From the IMG/VR virus record IMGVR_UViG_3300026026_000014, positions 1 to 55,236 of that record: 55,236 nucleotides of DNA. One strand, 5' to 3'. Below are positions 48,068 through 55,236 of this stretch, one piece after another. The notes beneath the pieces are model-generated. The model ran no database searches. It saw only the letters and a program-made list of their open reading frames with translations, and was not told the origin of the DNA. This DNA is from a virus (Duplodnaviria; Caudoviricetes). A program made the position numbers and the translations under genes. Every line of letters begins with the position of its first letter. Within the stretch, counting starts at the first letter, position 1.

Positions 48068-48453
48068 TATTCCACCGATAACTTAAATTTAAGAGCACCA
48101 ATAGGAATTCTAAGTACTTTTCCTTCTAACCATTCAACTTGTTCAGTAAATTCACCATGTATAAAAGGTGTTCCGTTTTTATGAATTACAAAGTGCGTAA
48201 CTAAACCTAAATCGTCAGTTCCTTCTTCGAATACTATTTCATTATTATTTTCGAATGTGGCTCCTGACATATCATGTGTTTTTGGATCTACACCATAATC
48301 AAATGAAAAATAACAATCTGTACGTGAATATCCACCACCTTCTAACTCATTTGCAGAACCATCAGGAGTAGGATCTCCTGAATGTAATGAAATTTCAGGA
48401 GATCCTCCTGTGGCTATATAAGCTAGATAAATAGATGCAGCAGAACCCCACAT
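48067..48453 (-). CDS. virion fiber/decoration-type protein, paralog 1
   Basis: ISLHSGDP....ELEGGGYSR...N...I.F...T.DLG.VTHF. Confidence 0.7.
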   Translation of the reverse strand: MWGSAASIYLAYIATGGSPEISLHSGDPTPDGSANELEGGGYSRTDCYFSFDYGVDPKTHDMSGATFENNNEIVFEEGTDDLGLVTHFVIHKNGTPFIHGEFTEQVEWLEGKVLRIPIGALKFKLSVE

Positions 48454-48457
48454 ACAG

Positions 48458-48769
48458 TTATTCCGGTATGATTATAGAAATTTCAGAATCAGCAGCGCTA
48501 ATTCGCAATACACTTATTGTAGTACCCCTTTCAATAAGCATTGTAGTTAATCCTGGTGGCAACATCATGGATGCTGCAGTAGCATCTGCACCTATTTCAC
48601 AACGGAAATAGTCAGAAGCACTTAAAATAACAATTTCGCTGTCTATTTGAGAAGATGTATTTTGAGTATCTTCAACAGCTAAAAGAATATGTTCTTTATA
48701 TTTGAAAGACCCCTGTACAGAATCACAAGAGTCTTTATATCTGACATTTTTCATAACAGGGGTTGACAT
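48458..48769 (-). CDS. hypothetical head-associated protein
   Basis: synteny after the capsid gene. Confidence 0.6.
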   Translation of the reverse strand: MSTPVMKNVRYKDSCDSVQGSFKYKEHILLAVEDTQNTSSQIDSEIVILSASDYFRCEIGADATAASMMLPPGLTTMLIERGTTISVLRISAADSEISIIIPE

Positions 48770-48780
48770 AGTCTTCTACC

Positions 48781-49050
48781 TTATGCTTGTGCTGCAGGAG
48801 CAGTTGTTTCAGGTACTGCAGGTGCAGTTGTTTCAGGTACTGCAGGTGCAGTTGTTTCAGGTGCTGTAGGCTTGTTACCACCTTGTGGTGCATGTTTGTT
48901 GCCACCTTGTGGTGCAGTAGACTTTTGTGGAACTTTAACTTCTTCTGCTGCTTTTACAGTTTTTGTGTATCCTGCAGTGATAAAAGCTTTTACTTGATCT
49001 TCTTCAACTTGCAGTGGAGCTTTTGTATCTGGGTGATAAAGTGTACGCAT
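48781..49050 (-). CDS. small low-complexity protein with tandem repeats
   Basis: APQGGNK x2 and PETTAPA x3 (24-nt tandem DNA repeat); AGGAA RBS. Confidence 0.7.
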   Translation of the reverse strand: MRTLYHPDTKAPLQVEEDQVKAFITAGYTKTVKAAEEVKVPQKSTAPQGGNKHAPQGGNKPTAPETTAPAVPETTAPAVPETTAPAAQA

Positions 49051-49124
49051 AAAATGTTCCTATTGTTTGAAAAAGAGCCTCGCAGTAAATAACGTTCCAC
49101 GAGGCTGACCCAATTCTATAAAAT

Positions 49125-49156
49125 ACCACCTATAGTACGTTAATACTATAGGTGGT
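49125..49156 (-). terminator. terminator after the major capsid gene (possibly bidirectional)
   Basis: ACCACCTATAGTA / TACTATAGGTGGT 13-bp stem flanked by A/T runs. Confidence 0.75.
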
Positions 49157-49163
49157 TTTTTAA

Positions 49164-50303
49164 TTAATAACCTGACAGTAAAGTTATACGACGTGGATCG
49201 ATAGCACCTGCGCCAATCATCAAGTCCATGGACATGGTTTCTTGTTTAGTGTCCATATCGTAACCTTGTACGATGCGGATACTATAACCATTTGAACTTA
49301 CGACTGAAGAAGGTTTGTCGCTTGGCTTGCCAAGTGGAGGCATTGCCAGACCGATTGAACGACTGTCAAAGATTGCACCTTTTAAGCTCAAAGATTCACC
49401 TGAACCAATAATAGATACTGCAGCATTATCAGGGATGATCTCGGTGATAGGATCTACTAAATCGATAGATGTAGCAGTCGCATTTGCTTGAGTTTTAACA
49501 ATCAGAGGACGGCGTACTCCAGCAATACGAATACGATCACCAACTTTGGCTGTACCTGATGTTGCATCAACAGTCAGTGTGCTCATACCGATAAGGTTGT
49601 TAGCACCCGCACCATTGTTAGTTTGAGAAGTACAAGTACCTGCAGTTGCATCCAACTCAGGAAAGTTGATAGAACTGAAGAAATCCATACCCAAAGTGCG
49701 AGCCATGAAACCTTCACGTAATGCAAGAGCATTATCATTACCACGAATGTTTGCTTGATAAAAGAAGTCTTGACCAAGCAATGCCGCTTCCAAATCAGTG
49801 TTCACTAAGCAAAAGCGACCACCTGGTTGCAGTTGCTGTAATGTTGCTGCTTTACGAGCAAGAGCAATATCACCCGGAGTTTCAAAAAGACTTGAAGAAG
49901 CATATTGACCTGCAGCTTCCAGAATTTTTGTGCCAATATAACGATCGCATTTTTCAGCGAGTCGATAAATAGCTGGACGAGCAACTTGTTCAGAAAAGCT
50001 ATCGATGTCCAAAGCTTTTTCTTTGGCAGTGATTTGAACCGTTACATCCAGAATCTTTTCAATTTTGAATGGACGGGTTGAATCGCGGATAGCTTGTTTT
50101 GTGGTTGGACCTGTGCCAGTAAATTCTTTGGCTTCAAAGTCAGGATTGGTACGAATACGGTAAGTATCACCGATTTGCATTTCTTGATTTGTGTATTGAC
50201 CAGTAACATCGCGTGCGCATAATGCTCCGATAACCAACGAATCTTCAAGATGCGTCAGAGCTTCTGCTGCGATGAGGTCTGGGTGGTTCCAGGCATTTGT
50301 CAT
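49164..50303 (-). CDS. major capsid protein (P22 coat family)
   Basis: IA.EAL..LE..LV, IGDT..IR, PAI..LA...D, YD........MD...G...ID; GGAG RBS before ATG 50303. Confidence 0.85.
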   Translation of the reverse strand: MTNAWNHPDLIAAEALTHLEDSLVIGALCARDVTGQYTNQEMQIGDTYRIRTNPDFEAKEFTGTGPTTKQAIRDSTRPFKIEKILDVTVQITAKEKALDIDSFSEQVARPAIYRLAEKCDRYIGTKILEAAGQYASSSLFETPGDIALARKAATLQQLQPGGRFCLVNTDLEAALLGQDFFYQANIRGNDNALALREGFMARTLGMDFFSSINFPELDATAGTCTSQTNNGAGANNLIGMSTLTVDATSGTAKVGDRIRIAGVRRPLIVKTQANATATSIDLVDPITEIIPDNAAVSIIGSGESLSLKGAIFDSRSIGLAMPPLGKPSDKPSSVVSSNGYSIRIVQGYDMDTKQETMSMDLMIGAGAIDPRRITLLSGY

Positions 50304-50433
50304 GTGATGACTCCAAGTAGGTTGAGTTTGCAGTAAATCTAATCTATCAATTGCCGCAACGAGGCCCAACCTACGTGTTTCATCTTTCCTGGAAAGATTG
50401 AATGACAATTGAAATTTCAATTAGTCAAGGGAT

Positions 50434-50462
50434 ATTATATATTAAAAATTAAATGTTGTAAA
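50434..50462 (-). promoter_or_regulatory. sigma70-like promoter for the capsid gene
   Basis: TTTACA-17bp-TATAAT. Confidence 0.7.
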
Positions 50463-50499
50463 TACTTTCATTAAAAATAATTAAAAAGATTTGAGATGA

Positions 50500-50592
50500 T
50501 ACCAGGCCCGGTCTGGTAAGGTTTTTTAATTTAATATATCTATATAGACTATATAAGGTTATGTAAAACCGGGATAACCAGGCACACCAGGC
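50500..50592. repeat. dispersed palindromic element, copy 5 (left arm diverged)
   Basis: TATATCTATAT core plus TAAGGTTATGTAAAACCGGGATAACCAGGCACACCAGGC. Confidence 0.8.
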
Positions 50593-50632
50593 TTAAGGTC
50601 TTATTATATTTATTATATAGATATAATATAAA

Positions 50633-50657
50633 CAAAAATGGACCCGAAGGTCCATTT
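50633..50657 (-). terminator. intrinsic terminator with a UUCG tetraloop
   Basis: minus strand AAATGGACC-TTCG-GGTCCATTT-TTGTT. Confidence 0.8.
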
Positions 50658-50679
50658 AATGTTATTTTGTAAGTAAAAT

Positions 50680-51003
50680 CTATGCTTTTATATCTAGATA
50701 TCCTATAGGAATAAGAATACCTTCTTCAACACTAGATGCATTCTCAATAAAAACATTAGGTTGCTTCTTCGTTTTAACCCCATTAGCTTTCTTAAGCGTT
50801 AATCGAGTCTTACCTGCTACACAAGGCATCGTTTCAGTACCTATATGTACACCTGGACGCAGTGATACACCAAGATATTGGACGCCTTTGTAAACTGTGG
50901 GACAAGCAATGTTTACTCGGTTATTTGCACCTGAAACTTTCTCAATTACAAATAAAAGTAAACTTACAAACAACATTAAAAAATGTACAAATAATGATTT
51001 CAT
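50680..51003 (-). CDS. hypothetical exported/membrane protein between scaffold and capsid genes
   Basis: AGGAG RBS; N-terminal hydrophobic signal. Confidence 0.55.
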   Translation of the reverse strand: MKSLFVHFLMLFVSLLLFVIEKVSGANNRVNIACPTVYKGVQYLGVSLRPGVHIGTETMPCVAGKTRLTLKKANGVKTKKQPNVFIENASSVEEGILIPIGYLDIKA

Positions 51004-51032
51004 ATATCTCTCCTAAATTGATTAAGGGTTAA

Positions 51033-51785
51033 CTACTCTTTATTCTTGCGATTTTCTGCTTGAATTTTACGTAGACGGCGATATTCAACCATATCATTAG
51101 CATCTGCTGCAGCTAACATCTTCTTGCTGATTGAATCTTCAGCACCGCCACCATCGTCTCCACCAAAACCAGCACCTTTTGAAGATCTCCAATAGTGTGG
51201 AGCTTTTGGTTTCAACTCTTCTACAAACAGTTCAGGAGTATAAGCTTTTCCATCTGCTGTTTTCATAATTTTACCAGTAGAATCGCGACGTACAATTGTA
51301 CCGTCGTCGTCTACACTGAAAGATCCTGCACCACGGAGAATTACATCATCAATTGCTTCTGGTACAACTTTTGCTTTTTCAGCTGCAGCACGTAAAGCTG
51401 TTTCTACTTTGCTACTTTGGTACTTATTCTTAAATAAGTCACGTTCTTCGGCAGCTTTTTTAGCTGATTCAGAAAGAGTAGTGATTTGAGTTTCTGAAGC
51501 AATGCGCATCTTTTCAAAGCGTTTGTTTATCACTTCGTCAACTTTACCAGCTGCAATAAGTTGAGCTTCTTCACTTGTTTCAAGGTGTTTTTGAAGATTT
51601 TTAATGGATGTTACGTCTAAACCATCAAAAGCTTTCAATTTATCAGCTGCCTCTTTCTTTTCACGAATGAGTTCAGCGTTCTTTTCTTTCAAACCGCTTA
51701 AATCACCTACAGCTGCTGCTACAGCGTCTTGTGTTAACTTTGTAACTGCTGCTTTGGTGTCTGGATCGTTTATATCAAATGGCAT
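51033..51785 (-). CDS. head scaffolding protein
   Basis: GLKEKN.EL, coiled coil, APH.W..S.G.G; lies between portal and capsid genes. Confidence 0.8.
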   Translation of the reverse strand: MPFDINDPDTKAAVTKLTQDAVAAAVGDLSGLKEKNAELIREKKEAADKLKAFDGLDVTSIKNLQKHLETSEEAQLIAAGKVDEVINKRFEKMRIASETQITTLSESAKKAAEERDLFKNKYQSSKVETALRAAAEKAKVVPEAIDDVILRGAGSFSVDDDGTIVRRDSTGKIMKTADGKAYTPELFVEELKPKAPHYWRSSKGAGFGGDDGGGAEDSISKKMLAAADANDMVEYRRLRKIQAENRKNKE

Positions 51786-52030
51786 GGGTGGCTCCTATTA
51801 CGATTGGGTCAAATCCTGCTAAGCAGGGCTCTATTTTACGAGTGGTAATGTCATTGATATTTCTAAAAATGTCATCATCACTTTTTCCATGTACCCATCC
51901 TATTCGGATGGTTTTGTCAACTATATCCATATAATTGGCATAGAGGTCGAACCTCATTTGCTCAGTAAAAAATCTTTCGCTATGTAGATAATAATTAGCT
52001 ACATGTATATCTACCTGTTCTGCAGACATT
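51775..52030 (-). CDS. hypothetical protein (short, in the minor-head-protein position)
   Basis: likely start MSAEQV just after the portal stop. Confidence 0.45.
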
Positions 52031-52039
52031 CGCTTAATT

Positions 52040-53692
52040 TCAAGCGGTTGGTTTCGCAGCAGGGCTAGTTTTATCTCCTGGTTTAGTAGGGGTATTTGCA
52101 TTTGGGGCACCGGATGCAGGTTGTTGAGCTTGTTGAACAGCTTTCATATTATCTAACAATTTCTGTTGACGAATTTTACCTTCTGCTTCAACTTTTGTTT
52201 TTTCTTCTTCAATGCTAGAACCATTTTTCAATATTCCAGCGCTATAGAAGTTCTCTAAAACAGTATCGTGTGATATGGCACCAGCTACCCATGAAGCAAT
52301 AAGAGCAGTTTGTTCTGATGCATTCATAGTTGGAGACATGAAATCAGTTTCTGGAGTTACTTTTACTGTAGCAGGATCTGCTCCTATCCATTCAGCAATT
52401 ATTTTCAATTGCTTTTCCATAGCTTTTGCAGAGTTCATAACTACAGCTACTAATGTAGCGCCAGAAGAAGCTTGTTTTAGACGTGTAGTTTCTGCTGATT
52501 CTGCTGCTTTCTTAGAAGAATCAAGTAGTTGAGCGCCTTGATAAATTGCTTGTTCATAAATGGTTTCAATATGTTTAAGAACATGTGCAAGAGCAGACGT
52601 ATCTGTTATTGGATAATAAACTTTTGCTTCAGGATTTCCTATCTTTATTACTACTGTAGCACCAATCGCTTGAGGATTTTGGTTATCATCAACCCCAGTC
52701 ATTACCAATGTAGGATTACATGACATAAACTCAGAATTAGATAAATCTGCATTCTTCATATAAATCTGAACAGCAGAGGAGGCTATAGAACCAAGTGGTG
52801 ATGGGTCTACACCAAAACTATTAACTACTGAACCTACACAAACTGAAGGTATATAATCTAATGTTTCCCCTTTATAAGTAGGTACAATAGTTTCTTCAAA
52901 TTTACCATCAATATATACGTCAACTTGATATGTACCCTCTCTTAAAACTTGTACGCGATGTAATATCGACTCTGGTTGAGCAAATATGCTTTGTCTGTTA
53001 CTTTGTATACGCTCTTGAAAAACTGCAAGTTTTACTTCGCTCTTATTAGAGTTAGTAGCGCGTATGGTTTGCCAGTTTATAAGTGACTCTGCTGCATAAG
53101 GAACTAGTATTGGTAAGTCTAACAATTCGTCTATATCCACTACGGTTGTCAAACGACCCGTAATCAAAACTTCGATGATTGTATATAAGTATAAATCATG
53201 TAAAGTCATTCCGCCAGGAGTAGCCTTTGTCTCCAAATACTTCATTTGAGGTGGTAATTCAATAGTCGCCGCTGTCGCGCCAACTAAACCGACAAGACCC
53301 CTTAAAATAAACTGAGTCATCTCTGGAAATTGTGCTCGTGATTTGTAAGCAGCATATGCGGCGATCGGATGATAATTCGGATCCCACTGTCTATTTAAGA
53401 TAGTATTGTCATCCTGTTGATTTATCGCCTTTTGTACAGAAGGAGGAGTCGGTAAAGCTTGCATCGCATATGGCATAGGCAAATATACATCATTCTTTGC
53501 TTTAATAACAGGTTCACCTGCTACCGCGTCACGAGTGCGCTGCCATGTAAATGCATTTTTTGTATAATCTTTATGATATGCTACCTCTAGTTTCGAACGT
53601 GTTTGGGATTGTTGTTTATCTACAGGATTAGGAGCAGGTCCAGTACCTACATCTACAGATATAGGTGCACGTTCTGGTTTGTTCTTAGCCAT
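52040..53692 (-). CDS. portal protein (DUF4055 family)
   Basis: W...RDA..GE..IK....YLP, Y..Y..RA.F, AESAET..L, W..GAIS..T. Confidence 0.88.
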   Translation of the reverse strand: MAKNKPERAPISVDVGTGPAPNPVDKQQSQTRSKLEVAYHKDYTKNAFTWQRTRDAVAGEPVIKAKNDVYLPMPYAMQALPTPPSVQKAINQQDDNTILNRQWDPNYHPIAAYAAYKSRAQFPEMTQFILRGLVGLVGATAATIELPPQMKYLETKATPGGMTLHDLYLYTIIEVLITGRLTTVVDIDELLDLPILVPYAAESLINWQTIRATNSNKSEVKLAVFQERIQSNRQSIFAQPESILHRVQVLREGTYQVDVYIDGKFEETIVPTYKGETLDYIPSVCVGSVVNSFGVDPSPLGSIASSAVQIYMKNADLSNSEFMSCNPTLVMTGVDDNQNPQAIGATVVIKIGNPEAKVYYPITDTSALAHVLKHIETIYEQAIYQGAQLLDSSKKAAESAETTRLKQASSGATLVAVVMNSAKAMEKQLKIIAEWIGADPATVKVTPETDFMSPTMNASEQTALIASWVAGAISHDTVLENFYSAGILKNGSSIEEEKTKVEAEGKIRQQKLLDNMKAVQQAQQPASGAPNANTPTKPGDKTSPAAKPTA

Positions 53693-53700
53693 ATAATCTC

Positions 53701-55011
53701 CTAAAAATGATTCGATGATTCAACTGAAAAATCTTTTCGTACGATCGGAAATTCGTAGTGTATATAGTATCCACCTGCGTCATTCAAATCGTCTACGTTA
53801 TCTCCTTTGTTCTTTTCAGGCATTCCATTCTCATCATAAACCTGTTGTTCAAGTGCCATTACATATTCTGGGCATTTATCGACATTAACGCGATAGCGTA
53901 TTTCACCCTTAGAATTTCTAAACATTCCATTCATACTGTTTACACGATCTTTAATATTCGGGTTCTTACTGCGCGCACGTATAGTAAAACCTGCATCACG
54001 TAACAATTTAATATCTGACTTCGATGCATCCAAAGATTTAGCATTCTTACCACTAGCATCTGGGTAAATAAGAATCGGATGGTGGCGACCTTCTGATCTG
54101 TACCTGAAGTTCAAAATGTCAATCATATCCGGAGTATCTTTCGCTCTGGTTATTTCAGCAACTGCAACCGGGTTGCCTTCGCGAAGTACATGTATAATTG
54201 CATTCATATTCAAAACATTGAAGTCCATACCAACATACAGTACATCATCGTTTCTGATCTCAGTTTTCGAGTCATTCAAAGTTCTATCGAAATTTGAATA
54301 CACTGATTTATTTTTCATGTTCACAAAATCGCCTTCAATATATGCATTTACTAAGGCAGCAGTGTATGAAACTCTTAAATCTTCTACATATCCAGGAGGT
54401 AAAAACTTGTTTGAATACGATGGTGCTTTGATCAAACGATAGCGAGAACGATTAGTATCATCAATAAGTTTAACCCAACGTTGATAAACAAATGAAAAAC
54501 CTTCAGGTGTAGTTGCTACGAAGATCTGATTCTCAGCCTCTGGTTTATCCGGATCTACTTGGCGACAACGTGCTATAATTTTATTCCAAACCTCTTCCGC
54601 GGCGCTGGTGCGCATTGTATCAAGTTCGTCAAGGTAAGCTCTAAAAACTTGGAAGCCGATTAAACGTTCTGGTCGTTCAAGTGTACGGAAAATTATCTTT
54701 CCATAATTCTCAATACGTAATATCTGTTCTGCTTTATTTAACTGATACGGCATATGCATAGATTCAAGCATATTTTCTAGTCTGTCATACGCGATGTCTC
54801 TGATCAAACTATATGTGGGTGCGCCGTACATGAGGTCGACTTTAGGGTGAGCAAACTTGTCAGACAACATTTTGGTAAACAGTGCATGAGATTTGCCGCT
54901 GCCGAAGCCGCCGCAGAAGCAAGTGTATCTAGCTTTAGAAGTAAAGAAGCGACTCTGAGGAAGTGTCAAAGTTATAGAGTCTGCTTGCTTAAGTTGTTGA
55001 ATAGCGCCCAT
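53701..55011 (-). CDS. terminase large subunit
   Basis: Walker A GGFGSGKS, Walker B YLDE, ATTPEG, nuclease GMDFN, YPDASG, D..DA.GY; likely start ATG 55011. Confidence 0.95.
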   Translation of the reverse strand: MGAIQQLKQADSITLTLPQSRFFTSKARYTCFCGGFGSGKSHALFTKMLSDKFAHPKVDLMYGAPTYSLIRDIAYDRLENMLESMHMPYQLNKAEQILRIENYGKIIFRTLERPERLIGFQVFRAYLDELDTMRTSAAEEVWNKIIARCRQVDPDKPEAENQIFVATTPEGFSFVYQRWVKLIDDTNRSRYRLIKAPSYSNKFLPPGYVEDLRVSYTAALVNAYIEGDFVNMKNKSVYSNFDRTLNDSKTEIRNDDVLYVGMDFNVLNMNAIIHVLREGNPVAVAEITRAKDTPDMIDILNFRYRSEGRHHPILIYPDASGKNAKSLDASKSDIKLLRDAGFTIRARSKNPNIKDRVNSMNGMFRNSKGEIRYRVNVDKCPEYVMALEQQVYDENGMPEKNKGDNVDDLNDAGGYYIHYEFPIVRKDFSVESSNHF

Positions 55012-55047
55012 GCGCGAATGATTCCTGAAGCTATACCTGTAAGCTAT

Positions 55048-55076
55048 ATTATATATTAAACCTCTACAGGTGTATA
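55048..55076 (-). promoter_or_regulatory. sigma70-like promoter for TerL
   Basis: TATACA-17bp-TATAAT with the AGGTTTAATATATAAT extension. Confidence 0.65.
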
Positions 55077-55117
55077 TAGTTTCAATCAAATTTATTTTTA
55101 TATGGAATGTTGCTAGG

Positions 55118-55215
55118 TTAGTTCCACGGATATAAGACCTCCCCCTAAAAATTTAGTTCCACGGATACATTTACCCCCTGAATCCTCAACACATGTGTCC
55201 ACTCTTCCCCCTGAA
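55118..55215. repeat. short periodic direct repeats at the right end
   Basis: TTAGTTCCACGGATA at 55118 and 55153; CCCCCT(A/G)AA at 55141, 55174 and 55207. Confidence 0.7.
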
Positions 55216-55236
55216 CCCCATGCAACCGTGGCCGTC

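Noticed and set aside
50304-50420. N-terminal extensions in the ORF track for capsid, SSB, TerL and TerS
   Set aside because: Upstream starts overlap promoters or leaders; downstream ATGs lie past the promoters and, except for TerL, have clear RBSs
14334-50592. Dispersed elements as a CRISPR array, and DUF2800 as a cas gene
   Set aside because: Copies are kilobases apart with no repeat-spacer tandem structure; DUF2800 is a standard phage replication-module nuclease
1-55236. tRNA genes, integrase/att sites, introns or inteins
   Set aside because: No cloverleaf, recombinase motifs or interruptions of Pol, TerL or primase were recognised by eye; tRNAscan and HMM searches would confirm

Overview
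The window is an apparently near-complete genome of an AT-rich tailed dsDNA phage (siphovirus-type tail) that probably infects a Gram-negative host, judging by its Rz/Rz1 spanins and sigma70-type promoters. No integrase, repressor cassette, tRNA or CRISPR array was recognised. The + strand (about 2.2-28.5 kb) carries replication genes: primase/SF3 helicase, DUF2815 SSB, family-A DNA polymerase, DUF2800 Cas4-like nuclease, VRR-NUC, SNF2 helicase and DNA ligase. It also carries a T4-like cytosine-hypermodification cluster: NTP pyrophosphatase, dNMP kinase, an Asp-type thymidylate-synthase homolog (likely dCMP hydroxymethylase), DNA beta-glucosyltransferase and dCMP deaminase, with a separate ThyX. 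An accessory block encodes a sulfotransferase and envelope proteins. The - strand (55.0-28.7 kb, plus TerS at 0.9-1.3 kb) carries terminase, portal, P22-like coat, tail and lysis genes. Notable non-coding structure: five co-oriented ~100-bp palindromic elements dispersed over the genome, a cluster of about 13 GTGTTATAA repeats between TerS and the primase, 13 near-consensus promoters with exact 17-bp spacing, and long hairpin leaders upstream of the primase and capsid genes. Several non-SSB proteins end in SSB-like C-terminal tails. All family calls come from motif recognition by eye, not database searches.
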